From an uncultured SAR86 cluster bacterium (GTDB lineage: Bacteria > Pseudomonadota > Gammaproteobacteria > Magnimaribacterales > D2472), in NCBI GenBank assembly GCA_902608115.1, contig CACLMT010000001.1, positions 66,484-130,483 of the forward strand: a stretch of DNA of 64,000 nucleotides, in the 5' to 3' direction. The translations under genes and the position numbers were made by a program. Position 1 is the stretch's first letter; every line of letters begins with the position of its first letter. Below are positions 42,904 through 52,546 of the stretch, piece by piece. The notes under the pieces were generated by a model. That model ran no database searches. It was not told the DNA's origin and worked only from the letters and a program-made list of their open reading frames with translations.

Positions 42904-45183
42904 TTAGATTTTTGCTCTAATGTTTTTAGTCGCTTGAATCATATTGCTCAATGTAGCTTCAACCTCAGGCCAGCCTCTAGTTTTAAGACCACAATCCGGA
43001 TTAATCCATAAATTTCTAATATCTATCACGTCAACCGCCTTTTGAATTAATTGTTCTAACTCTTCTAGGCTCGGCACTCTAGGCGAATGGATATCCCATA
43101 CACCAGGACCTATTTCATTTGGATATTTTTCTTCTTTAAAAAGATTTAATAATTTCATATTAGACCGAGAACATTCTATTGAAATAACATCTGCATCCAT
43201 CGCTGTAATACTATCCATAACATCATTGAATTTTGAATAGCACATATGTGTATGAATTTGGGTTTGATTATTAACGCCTGCAGCCGTCAACCTGAAAGCA
43301 TCAACTGACCATTTTAAATATTCGGGTTGTTTGGCTTTTCTTATAGGCAATCCTTCTCTAATTGCAGCCTCATCAATCTGAATAACCTCTATTCCTGCTG
43401 CCTCAAGATCCTTTACTTCATCTCTCATTGCAAGGGCTATTTGGTTGCACGTAAGACTTCTCGGTTGATCATCTCTTACAAAAGACCATTGAAGAATTGT
43501 GACGGGACCAGTTAACATCCCTTTCATTATTTTATTTGTATTTGATTGAGCAAATTTTGCCCATTCAACAGTCATGGGGTTTGGCCTTTTAATATCCCCA
43601 TAAATAACAGGTGGTTTAACGCATCTTGTACCATAGGATTGAACCCAGCCAAATGAAGTAAATGTAAACCCAGAAAGTAGTTCGCCAAAGTATTGAACCA
43701 TATCATTTCTTTCTGGTTCCCCATGGACAAGAACATCAATTCCCAGGGCTTCTTGTTTTTCAATACATTCTATAATCGCCTTTTCTATAAAATTTTTATA
43801 TTCTGCCTCATTAATCTTTCCCGCATTAAAATCAGCTCTAGCTTGTCTTATTTCTGTTGTTTGAGGAAATGAACCTATTGTAGTGGTAGGAAGTTTAGGG
43901 AATTGGAAATGAGCACGCTGAATTTTTTGTCTGATAGCAAATTCTGACTGTCTCTCAAAATCCTCATTTGTAAGACCTGAAATTCTTTTTGCGACCGAAG
44001 GATCATTTACAAGTGTTGAAGATTTTCTCATAGTATTAGCCGTGAGGATTGATTTAACCCTCTCATCTTCTTCTGATATTTCTTTATTAAGCCTTCCAAC
44101 AAGGACTTGTAGCTCTAAGATTTTTTCTTCAGCAAAAGCCAACCAATTCATTACTTCTGTTGGCATTTTTTCTTCTAATTTAAGGGAATAAGGTACATGC
44201 TGTAGAGAGGCTGTGGGAGCTATGAAAACAGTATCAAAGTTCAGATTGTGTAATGCTCTATTAATTATTTCAATGGTTTCATTTAGATTAATTTTCCAAA
44301 TATTTCTTCCAGATATTACCCCCAAAGAGATAGAATCATAAGACTCGTTTAATGTAGAAAGGCTATCTATATTTGATTCATCTGTAAATATATCTAGATG
44401 CAGACAGTCAACTTCAATATTTTTAACTATGCTTATATTGTCCTCAACATTACCAAAATATGTTGCAAGCAAAATATTTGTTGGGATATCTAGTCTGGTT
44501 TTTAGATTAGAGTAGAAATCTTCAAATATCGTTACTTGTGCGTCGTTCAGATCAGTTCCTAAAACCGGTTCCTCTATTTGAAGATTTATATAGCCCAGTG
44601 ATAACACATATTTTAAAAGCTCGTCATATGTCTTTTTTAGCTCAAAGTAGATTGCATACTTATTAATACTCCCATTAGCGGCCTTAGCAAGCGTTAGAAA
44701 TGTTAAAGGGCCTATTATGGAAAATTTTTGATGATTTCTGTCTCCATCGGGCAATACTTGATTTTCAAAAAATTCTCTATTGAAATTTGGTGCAGAGGTT
44801 TCTTCTATTTCAGGAACAATATAGTGATAGTTTGTATCAAACCACTTTGTCATCTCCATTGCCGCAACATTACCCTCTCCTCTGGCAAACCTAAAGTAAG
44901 AATCTGTGAAAGAGAGTTTATTTAGATTATTAAATCGTGAAGGTATTAATCCCGTTAAGCAACACATATCAAGCATTCGGTCGTAAAGAGTAAAATCATT
45001 TACAGTAGTTGGGTTGATTCCGGCCTGGACTTGAAGAGTATTATTTAGTGTTACAACCTCATTAGCAGTTGAAGTTAGATCAGAGATAGAGGCTTCACCC
45101 CTCCAGTATTTTTCAATTATAAATTTAAGCTCCCTCTTTCTTCCTACCCTAGGCATTCCAAGGTTGCTTGCTATGTACTTCAT
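42904..45183 (-). CDS. metE: Cobalamin-independent methionine synthase
   Basis: 759 aa with duplicated barrel architecture. Zn-ligand blocks IHTHMCYS and NPDCGLKTR. Confidence 0.96.
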   Translation of the reverse strand: MKYIASNLGMPRVGRKRELKFIIEKYWRGEASISDLTSTANEVVTLNNTLQVQAGINPTTVNDFTLYDRMLDMCCLTGLIPSRFNNLNKLSFTDSYFRFARGEGNVAAMEMTKWFDTNYHYIVPEIEETSAPNFNREFFENQVLPDGDRNHQKFSIIGPLTFLTLAKAANGSINKYAIYFELKKTYDELLKYVLSLGYINLQIEEPVLGTDLNDAQVTIFEDFYSNLKTRLDIPTNILLATYFGNVEDNISIVKNIEVDCLHLDIFTDESNIDSLSTLNESYDSISLGVISGRNIWKINLNETIEIINRALHNLNFDTVFIAPTASLQHVPYSLKLEEKMPTEVMNWLAFAEEKILELQVLVGRLNKEISEEDERVKSILTANTMRKSSTLVNDPSVAKRISGLTNEDFERQSEFAIRQKIQRAHFQFPKLPTTTIGSFPQTTEIRQARADFNAGKINEAEYKNFIEKAIIECIEKQEALGIDVLVHGEPERNDMVQYFGELLSGFTFTSFGWVQSYGTRCVKPPVIYGDIKRPNPMTVEWAKFAQSNTNKIMKGMLTGPVTILQWSFVRDDQPRSLTCNQIALAMRDEVKDLEAAGIEVIQIDEAAIREGLPIRKAKQPEYLKWSVDAFRLTAAGVNNQTQIHTHMCYSKFNDVMDSITAMDADVISIECSRSNMKLLNLFKEEKYPNEIGPGVWDIHSPRVPSLEELEQLIQKAVDVIDIRNLWINPDCGLKTRGWPEVEATLSNMIQATKNIRAKI

Positions 45184-45995
45184 GTTGAAATTCCTATTGC
45201 ATCAAATACTTTTCTCAAAAGCGTTGATTGATTAAGAGTATAAAAGTGAAAACTATTGACTCCCATCGCTTGAAGGTCCTCTAATTGCTTAATACAAATT
45301 TCAATTGCAGCTTTTTCATTGTCAGCTGGGTTATTAGAAAATTTTCTTACTATTTCTTTGGGAATTTTTATGCCACAACGCTCAGCCATATTGCAAAGGT
45401 TTTGAATATTATAAATAGGCATAATTCCTGCAATAAGCTCATTTTGAATATTGTTTTCTGAGATTGCATTAACTAATTTTTTATATGCCTTCATTTCAAA
45501 ACAGAACTGAGAGATTGCTTGGTTTGAACCAGCTAAAGTTTTTTGTCTTAAAAGATTTAAGTCAAACTCAAAACTTTCTGATTCTGGATGGACCTCTGGG
45601 TTGGCTGAAACAAATACTTCCATGTTTTCGTTTACCAGAAATTCAACAAAATCTGTAGTATTAACAAACCCGTTTGGATGAGACTTAAATTTACCCTCAG
45701 GGCCATCCCCGCGAATAGCAACAATTTTATTAACTCCTAATGATTTAAAATCATCTACAATCACAGAAAGCTCATCTTTGCTTTTGCCAACGAGGGTAAG
45801 GTGGGCGGCAATATCTATATCTGTATTCTCTTTAAATGCTTTGATCAGTCCGATGCTTTTTTTTTGAGAGCCTCCAAGAGCTCCATATGTAATTGATATA
45901 AATCTAGGACCAAAATCTCTTATTCGGGAAAATTCGTCTACTACTTTTTTGTAATCTAAATCCTTTGGAGGATAAAACTCATATGAAATCTTCAT
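45180..45995 (-). CDS. metF: 5,10-methylenetetrahydrofolate reductase
   Basis: SYEFYPPK and FISITYGALGGS blocks, 271 aa. Stop overlaps the metE start by 4 nt. Confidence 0.9.
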   Translation of the reverse strand: MKISYEFYPPKDLDYKKVVDEFSRIRDFGPRFISITYGALGGSQKKSIGLIKAFKENTDIDIAAHLTLVGKSKDELSVIVDDFKSLGVNKIVAIRGDGPEGKFKSHPNGFVNTTDFVEFLVNENMEVFVSANPEVHPESESFEFDLNLLRQKTLAGSNQAISQFCFEMKAYKKLVNAISENNIQNELIAGIMPIYNIQNLCNMAERCGIKIPKEIVRKFSNNPADNEKAAIEICIKQLEDLQAMGVNSFHFYTLNQSTLLRKVFDAIGIST

Positions 45996-46000
45996 TTTTA

Positions 46001-46057
46001 CACCCTGGTTAGGCGTCCCATTTAGCAGTTTGAGTATGCAAGCAGGAACAAATCACT
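46001..46057 (-). promoter_or_regulatory. Structured 5' leader of the metF-metE-metK-ahcY operon: candidate SD-sequestering pseudoknot (possible SAM-responsive riboswitch)
   Basis: RNA AGUGAUUUGUUCCUGCUUGCAUACUCAAACUGCUAAAUGGGACGCCUAACCAGGGUG. Helix A pairs AGUGAUUUG with CAAACUGCU (8 pairs, 1 mismatch). Loop UCCUG can pair with CAGGG, the only SD-like element, 7 nt before the AUG. Alternatively GUUCC can pair with GGGAC. Confidence 0.3.
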
Positions 46058-46071
46058 ATAAATTAATGTAA

Positions 46072-46100
46072 ATTCTAGCTCTTTTATTAAAATAATACAA
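46072..46100 (-). promoter_or_regulatory. Candidate sigma70 promoter for the metF operon
   Basis: Minus strand TTGTAT (46100-46095), 17-nt spacer, TAGAAT (46077-46072). It would place the transcription start about 10 nt upstream of the structured leader. AT-rich background makes chance matches likely. Confidence 0.25.
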
Positions 46101-46121
46101 TTTAGTGTGTTAATAATTTCC

Positions 46122-46151
46122 TTGCCATATTATCATTATTATTTCTAATAT
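46122..46151 (+). promoter_or_regulatory. Candidate sigma70 promoter for tkt-pgk-fba
   Basis: TTGCCA (46122-46127), 18-nt spacer, TAATAT (46146-46151), 14 nt before the tkt ATG. That implies a very short leader with no SD. Low specificity in AT-rich DNA. Confidence 0.2.
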
Positions 46152-46165
46152 ATTTTGCGATTTAG

Positions 46166-48157
46166 ATGCATAAGCACTTAGCTAACTCAATAAGATTTCT
46201 TTCTATAGATGCAGTTCAAGCAGCTAAATGTGGCCATCCTGGAATGCCAATGGGTATGGCTGATATTGCAGTAGCTTTGTGGAAATATAATTTAAAACAT
46301 AATCCCAAAAACCCACATTGGTTCAATCGAGATAGGTTTGTGTTATCCAATGGCCATGGCTCGATGTTGCTATATAGCTTACTTCATTTGACAGGTTACA
46401 ACCTATCTATTGAAGATTTAAAGAATTTCAGACAGCTGGGTTCAAAAACACCAGGTCACCCAGAATTAGATCTAGAAATAGGAGTTGAGACAACCACTGG
46501 ACCTCTTGGCCAAGGCTTAGGTAATGCAGTTGGCATGGCTTTGGCAGAAAAAATGTTAGCAAGCAGATTCAATAAAGGAGATGGACTTGATCCAATTGAT
46601 CACTATACCTATACATTTTTAGGTGATGGATGTTTGATGGAAGGAATCTCACATGAAGTTTGCTCTTTTGCAGGAACACATGGCTTAGGAAAGCTAATTT
46701 GTTTTTATGATCAAAATGGAATTTCTATTGATGGAGAAATAAGCAACTGGTTTACAGATAATACTGTTCAAAGATTTAAAAGCTATGGTTGGCAAGTATT
46801 AGAAGTGGATGGGCATAATATTGAGAAATTAAACCTTTCTATTTTGAGTGCTAGGGCAGAGCTTACTAAGCCGACATTGATATGTTGTAAGACCACCATA
46901 GGCTTTGGTTCTCCAAATAAAGCTGGCACTTCTGGCGTTCACGGCTCACCACTTGGAGAAGATGAAGTAGAAGTTACTCGCAAGGAATTAGGCTGGAGTC
47001 ACAAGCCATTTGAAATTCCTGAGAAAATTAGAGCTGAATGGAATCATTGTGAGGCAGGCGATGCTTCCAATTCTCAATGGAATGATGTGATGGCTTTGTA
47101 CAGCGAGGATTATCCAATTGAGCATGCATTGCTTCAAAGATTAATAGCTAACGAGATTCCAGAAGATTTTACTCAATCTTTTGAAGCATTTTTAGAAGAG
47201 CTTCAGGCTGGAGAAAATAAAGATGTAGCAACTAGAAAAGCTTCAGAGGTTTGTTTAAATTTCTTTTGTAAACAACTCCCAGAGCTTGTTGGTGGTTCAG
47301 CTGATCTAACAGGTTCCAATAATACTTTTTCTTCAGCTAGTACTGCAATGCTTCCTGAGAATCCACAAGGAAACCATATATTTTATGGGGTAAGAGAGTT
47401 TGGTATGACAGCTATGATGAACGGAATGGTTCTCCATGGCGGAATAAAACCCTATGGCGGGACGTTTTTAGTTTTTATGGATTACGCCAGAAATGCTGTT
47501 CGATTAGCTGCCCTTATGGAAATTCCAAATATTTTTCTTTATACACATGATTCCATAGGTCTAGGAGAAGATGGCCCGACTCATCAACCAATCGAGCACC
47601 TCGTTACCCTTAGGGCAACTCCAAATTTAAATAATTGGAGGCCAGCAGATGTTATAGAGACAGCGGTGGGTTGGAAAGAAGCTATTACCTCTATAAATAC
47701 TCCTCACAGCTTAATTTTATCAAGACAAACCCTGCCGTATGTTCAAAGAACAAAAGAGCAAATAGATCTAATTGATAAAGGAGGTTACTTACTTTCTTAT
47801 AATGAGGATGCAGATATCACACTGATTGCATCAGGAAGCGAGGTTCAGTTAATTATTGCCGCTGCTAAATCAATTCAAAAAGATGGATTTAAAGCAAATG
47901 TAGTATCCATGCCCTGCCTTGATAAATTTTACTCACAAGATCAAATTTATAGAGATGGTGTTGTGGCTCCAAATATACCAAAACTAGTTGTTGAAGCTTT
48001 GCATCCAGATTCTTGGAAAGGTTTAATTAATCTCAATGATACTGTTATTGGCATGGAAACATTTGGCGCAAGCGCTCCAGGAAATAAATTAATGATCAAA
48101 TTTGGTTTTACTGAGGAGAACGTTGTTGCTGAAGCAAAAAAATTAATTAAAAAATGA
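46166..48157 (+). CDS. tkt: Transketolase
   Basis: LSIDAVQAAKCGHPGMPMGMADIA, FLGDGCLMEGISHE (ThDP motif), 663 aa. Confidence 0.97.
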   Translation: MHKHLANSIRFLSIDAVQAAKCGHPGMPMGMADIAVALWKYNLKHNPKNPHWFNRDRFVLSNGHGSMLLYSLLHLTGYNLSIEDLKNFRQLGSKTPGHPELDLEIGVETTTGPLGQGLGNAVGMALAEKMLASRFNKGDGLDPIDHYTYTFLGDGCLMEGISHEVCSFAGTHGLGKLICFYDQNGISIDGEISNWFTDNTVQRFKSYGWQVLEVDGHNIEKLNLSILSARAELTKPTLICCKTTIGFGSPNKAGTSGVHGSPLGEDEVEVTRKELGWSHKPFEIPEKIRAEWNHCEAGDASNSQWNDVMALYSEDYPIEHALLQRLIANEIPEDFTQSFEAFLEELQAGENKDVATRKASEVCLNFFCKQLPELVGGSADLTGSNNTFSSASTAMLPENPQGNHIFYGVREFGMTAMMNGMVLHGGIKPYGGTFLVFMDYARNAVRLAALMEIPNIFLYTHDSIGLGEDGPTHQPIEHLVTLRATPNLNNWRPADVIETAVGWKEAITSINTPHSLILSRQTLPYVQRTKEQIDLIDKGGYLLSYNEDADITLIASGSEVQLIIAAAKSIQKDGFKANVVSMPCLDKFYSQDQIYRDGVVAPNIPKLVVEALHPDSWKGLINLNDTVIGMETFGASAPGNKLMIKFGFTEENVVAEAKKLIKK

Positions 48158-49290
48158 GAAAATTAGGCGAGACAGATGTCTTTGATAAGACAATAGCTCT
48201 CAGGGTTGATCTAAATGTTCCCATTGAAGACGGGAAAGTCCTGGATGATGCTAGAATTCTAGCAATAATCCCTACCCTAAAATATCTTTTAGATAAAAAG
48301 GCAAAAGTAGTTTTGATCTCACATTTTGGAAGACCAGAGCCAGGAGTAATTGATTCAAAATTTTCGTTGCTACCGGTAGCCAATCGGCTTGGAGAAATTA
48401 TTAATAAGCAGGTTGTCTTATTTGCATCATTAGATGAAGTTAACTTTAATGAAGATATATCTTTAATTGAGAATATCAGATTTTTATCTGGTGAATTAAA
48501 GAATGATTTAGATCTTTCCAATAAACTATCTAATTTGGCTGATGTTTATGTGTTTGATGCTTTTGGGACATCTCATCGTCCTCATGCTTCAACCTATGGG
48601 GCAATTCAAGCTTCTGAATCATCATGTGCTGGACTTCTATTAGAGAGTGAAACGGAGGCATTGAAACAAGCAACTGACTCTCAAGACTCACCCATGTTGT
48701 CTATAGTTGGGGGCTCAAAAGTATCCTCAAAATTGGAAGTAATTAAAAGTTTATCTCAAATTTCAGATGAGGTGTTGACCGGTGGAGGGATTACTAATAC
48801 CTTTTTAAAGGCACAGGGAAATAATATTGGACTTTCACTATGTGAGGATTCAATGCTAAACCATGCAAAAGAACTACTTGAGACAGATAAAATATTATTA
48901 CCAGAAGAAGTGATAGTAAGCAAAAGCATAGACTCAAATGAAACAAGGGTTTGTAAAATTAATTCCGTGAGAGACGATGAAATGATCCTTGATCAAATTC
49001 TTAGCCCCTTAGCAATTAAAAAGATTTCTTTTGCCAAAAAAATTATTTGGAACGGACCCGTCGGTGTATTTGAGCGCCAACCTTTTTCAAAAGGTACTAA
49101 AGACCTTGCAAGTGCAATTGCTTCATCAAACGCATTTAGTCTTGCTGGCGGAGGTGAAACACTTTTAGCTATTAAGATGTTTATAGATAAAAGCAATATT
49201 TCTTATTGCTCTACTGGCGGAGGCGCTTTCCTTGAATTTATAGAAGGAAAAGAGCTACCATCACTGTCTGCCTTGGGCTTTAAATTTTAA
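48154..49290 (+). CDS. pgk: Phosphoglycerate kinase
   Basis: RVDLNVP, SHFGRP, FDAFGTSHR and STGGGAFLEF blocks. ATGA overlap with tkt. Confidence 0.95.
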   Translation: MRKLGETDVFDKTIALRVDLNVPIEDGKVLDDARILAIIPTLKYLLDKKAKVVLISHFGRPEPGVIDSKFSLLPVANRLGEIINKQVVLFASLDEVNFNEDISLIENIRFLSGELKNDLDLSNKLSNLADVYVFDAFGTSHRPHASTYGAIQASESSCAGLLLESETEALKQATDSQDSPMLSIVGGSKVSSKLEVIKSLSQISDEVLTGGGITNTFLKAQGNNIGLSLCEDSMLNHAKELLETDKILLPEEVIVSKSIDSNETRVCKINSVRDDEMILDQILSPLAIKKISFAKKIIWNGPVGVFERQPFSKGTKDLASAIASSNAFSLAGGGETLLAIKMFIDKSNISYCSTGGGAFLEFIEGKELPSLSALGFKF

Positions 49291-49303
49291 AACGGAGAGA
49301 ACC

Positions 49304-50317
49304 ATGCCATTAAATACATTAGAAGAAATAGCTGAATATATAGTTTCAGATGGAAAGGGAATTCTGGCAGCAGACGAAAGCAATCCAACCTGTGGAAAGC
49401 GCTTCGATTCTATTGGTGTTGAATCTACCGAAACTAATAGGCGTGATTACAGAGAAATGTTATTTAGATCTAGGGGCATGAAAGACAATATTGGCGGCGT
49501 TATTTTATTTGATGAAACATTAAGACAAAGTGCTCAAGATGGAACCCCTCTTGTTGAATTAATTAAAACTCAGGGAGCTTTACCAGGTATAAAAGTTGAT
49601 AAAGGGCTTATACCTCTGGATTCCTCTCCTGAAGAAACTATCACTCAGGGGCTCAATGGATTAGATGAAAGATGCAAAGAATATTTTTCACTAGGAGCAA
49701 AGTTCACAAAATGGAGAGCGGTGATAAAGATATCTGATAGCATTCCATCCGATGAATGTATCAAAGCCAATATGCAGGCTTTAGCCAGATATGCAAAAAT
49801 TGTTCAAGAAAATAATATGGTTCCAATGGTTGAGCCCGAAGTTTTAATGGATGGAAATCATTCAATTGAACGCTGTTATGAAGTTTCATGTAAAACACTA
49901 CAAACTCTTTTTGATTGTTTACACAAAGAAGGCGTTGATATTAAAGGGACAATCTTAAAACCCAACATGGTAACTTCAGGGTCATTGGCTGAAAACCAAG
50001 CATCAATTCAAGATGTTGCAGAAATGACGGTTAAGTGTTTAAAAGAAAACGTTCCATCAGACTTACCAGGTATAACTTTTTTATCAGGCGGGCAATCAGA
50101 TATTAATGCAACCGCCCATTTAGATGCTATGAATAAAATTGGAGGTTTTTCATGGAAGCTAAGCTTTTCTTATGGAAGAGCGCTTCAACAACCAGCCCTA
50201 AAAGCCTGGTTAGGCAAAAAAGAAAATATTACAGACGCTCAAGCAGCTTTATCGCATAGGGCTTTGATGAATAAGTTTGCTGCTAAAGGCGAATGGAGTT
50301 CTGATTTAGAGGGATAG
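49304..50317 (+). CDS. fba: Fructose-bisphosphate aldolase, class I (eukaryote/muscle-like type)
   Basis: GKGILAADESNPTCGKRF, TNRRDYREMLF, Schiff-base Lys context ILKPNMV, FLSGGQS. 337 aa. Confidence 0.93.
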   Translation: MPLNTLEEIAEYIVSDGKGILAADESNPTCGKRFDSIGVESTETNRRDYREMLFRSRGMKDNIGGVILFDETLRQSAQDGTPLVELIKTQGALPGIKVDKGLIPLDSSPEETITQGLNGLDERCKEYFSLGAKFTKWRAVIKISDSIPSDECIKANMQALARYAKIVQENNMVPMVEPEVLMDGNHSIERCYEVSCKTLQTLFDCLHKEGVDIKGTILKPNMVTSGSLAENQASIQDVAEMTVKCLKENVPSDLPGITFLSGGQSDINATAHLDAMNKIGGFSWKLSFSYGRALQQPALKAWLGKKENITDAQAALSHRALMNKFAAKGEWSSDLEG

Positions 50318-50330
50318 TAATCCAAGCCCA

Positions 50331-50768
50331 TTGCAAACATTAATTCAGCGCGTAACATCAGCCTCGGTAACCATTGAAGGTTCTGAGTATTCTAGTATTG
50401 GCAGGGGCCTTCTTGTTTTTGTTTGCTTTGAATTAAATGATAATGAAGAGTTGATTGATAAATTTATAAATAAAATATCAAAATTTTGCTTTTTTGAAGG
50501 AGATAGCAGCATGATAGGCTTAAATTTAAAGGAGATAGAAGGAGAATTGTTGGTTATAAGCCAATTTACTTTGGCTGCTACCACCAAAAAAGGGAATAAA
50601 GCAAGCTTCCATAAAGCTGCCTCACCGGAGAAAGCAGAGTCTCTATACAAAAATTTATTGATAAAATTAGATAAATCTTCATTAAAATGGAAATCAGGTA
50701 AATTTGGTGCTCAAATGGATATTAGTTTGGTTAATAATGGTCCAGTTACTTTTATGTTTAATTTTTAA
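50331..50768 (+). CDS. dtd: D-aminoacyl-tRNA deacylase
   Basis: IQRV..A.V, SQFTLAA and NNGPVTF motifs. 145 aa, TTG start. Confidence 0.9.
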   Translation: MQTLIQRVTSASVTIEGSEYSSIGRGLLVFVCFELNDNEELIDKFINKISKFCFFEGDSSMIGLNLKEIEGELLVISQFTLAATTKKGNKASFHKAASPEKAESLYKNLLIKLDKSSLKWKSGKFGAQMDISLVNNGPVTFMFNF

Positions 50769-50774
50769 AAATTT

Positions 50775-51944
50775 ATGTCAAATCATTTGGAGGCTTTCTC
50801 AAAGGATATAGATCATTGGATTGAAGCTAATTGCCCTGAATCTATGAGAACACCAATGCCAGTTTCTGAGCAAGTTTGGGCTTCTTCTAACATTCAATTT
50901 CCTTCAAAAGATTCAAAAAAATGGTTTGATGCCATGGTCAAGAGAGGGTGGTGCACACCTGAGTGGCCTGTTGAATATGGAGGTGCGGGTCTTTCTTTTG
51001 AGGAGGGAGAGGTTTTAAGAGATCGTCTAAAATTTTATGGTTGCCGACCGGCTCAAATTAATTTTGGTATATCAATGCTTGGACCGGTTTTATTAGAGTT
51101 TGGAACAGAAGAACAAAAAAAAGAATTCTTGCCAAAAATATCTAGGGGAGAAATTTGGTGGTGTCAGGGGTTTTCTGAGCCAGGGGCTGGATCTGACTTG
51201 GCAAATATTTCTACGAGAGCAAATCTTAAAAATGATGAGTATATTATCAATGGTTCAAAGATATGGACTTCTGAGGCAAATAAGGCTGATTGGATGTATT
51301 GTCTTGTTAGAACAGCAAAAACAGAAAAAAAACAAAAAGGGATATCATTTATTTTATTAGATTTAAAGCAGCCAAATATTGAAATTAAACCAATTAAGTT
51401 GCTTAGTGGACATTCACCATTTTGCCAAGTTTTTTTTGATGGTGTTATTGCAAAAGAATCCCATCGAGTGGCAGAGGAAAATAATGGTTGGAGGGTTGCA
51501 AAACGATTATTGCAGTTTGAAAGAACTATGATGGCTGATTTAGAGAGCGAGGGAGCTATTAATATAGAGCCACTAGAGGTTTTAGATAAGATAGATGATA
51601 TTAATATTTATAGAAATAAAAAGCTCTATAGAAAAATTGTAAAACATGAAATGAGGAATCAATTGATTGAGCTATCAATGTCTAGAGCAGCCATTGAATC
51701 TCAGGTGGGTTTTTCTTCTTCAAGTCTAACGCTGAAGTACCTTAGCACCGAAGAAGCGAAAAATCGTTGGGAGCTAAATGTTGCCAGTCTTGGGATGGGT
51801 GGTCTAGAGACGGTAAACTCATCTACCGGTTTAAAGCAGGAGATTGCTAAATCTTTTTTTTATTCTAAAGCTTATACTATTGCTGGAGGAAGCTCAGAAG
51901 TACAGTTAAATATTATTTCAAAAAATATCTTGGGTTTAAAATAA
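50775..51944 (+). CDS. Acyl-CoA dehydrogenase family protein
   Basis: WCQGFSEPGAGSDLA, INGSKIWTS and a C-terminal GGSSEVQLNIISK block. 389 aa. Confidence 0.85.
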   Translation: MSNHLEAFSKDIDHWIEANCPESMRTPMPVSEQVWASSNIQFPSKDSKKWFDAMVKRGWCTPEWPVEYGGAGLSFEEGEVLRDRLKFYGCRPAQINFGISMLGPVLLEFGTEEQKKEFLPKISRGEIWWCQGFSEPGAGSDLANISTRANLKNDEYIINGSKIWTSEANKADWMYCLVRTAKTEKKQKGISFILLDLKQPNIEIKPIKLLSGHSPFCQVFFDGVIAKESHRVAEENNGWRVAKRLLQFERTMMADLESEGAINIEPLEVLDKIDDINIYRNKKLYRKIVKHEMRNQLIELSMSRAAIESQVGFSSSSLTLKYLSTEEAKNRWELNVASLGMGGLETVNSSTGLKQEIAKSFFYSKAYTIAGGSSEVQLNIISKNILGLK

Positions 51945-52546
51945 TGACGATTAAGAAAATTTCAGTTTTTTGTGGGGCTCATCTTGGGAAATCTCCAGCT
52001 TATAATGATGCTGCAAAAGAAATTGGCAAACTTCTTGCCAGCAAAAAGATAGAGTTGGTTTTTGGGGGTGGTAATGTTGGTTTAATGAAGACTGTTTCAG
52101 ATACGGTTATCCAAAATGGTGGTCGAGCAACAGGGATCGTTTTAAACTCATTACATGAGTTTGAACTAACCAATCCAAGAATTACCAAAACAATAATTAC
52201 CCATTCATTGTTTGAAAGAAAAGAAAAATTTCTTAATTTAAGTGATGCTTTTATAGTTCTACCAGGAGGGGTGGGATCAATGGATGAGCTTTTAGAAGTT
52301 ATGGTTAGCAATCAACTTGGTGGTATTAACAAACCTTTAGGGGTGTTGAATACAAATGGTTATTATGATTCTTTTATTAATTGGTTGCAGAGGTCTGTTG
52401 ACGATCAGTTTGTATCTATTGAAAACCAAAATCAAGTTTTAGTTTCAGACTCCCCTAAAACATTGCTTGAGATGATCTTAATTGCTGAAATGCCTTCAGA
52501 GGACACTTGGATTAATAGATTAAATGTTGATTTTCATAAAGATTAA
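51944..52546 (+). CDS. LOG family protein (TIGR00730, nucleotide 5'-monophosphate nucleosidase type)
   Basis: VFCGAHLG, VFGGGNVGLMK and PGGVGSMDEL (PGGxGTxxE-type) motifs. Confidence 0.88.
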   Translation: MTIKKISVFCGAHLGKSPAYNDAAKEIGKLLASKKIELVFGGGNVGLMKTVSDTVIQNGGRATGIVLNSLHEFELTNPRITKTIITHSLFERKEKFLNLSDAFIVLPGGVGSMDELLEVMVSNQLGGINKPLGVLNTNGYYDSFINWLQRSVDDQFVSIENQNQVLVSDSPKTLLEMILIAEMPSEDTWINRLNVDFHKD

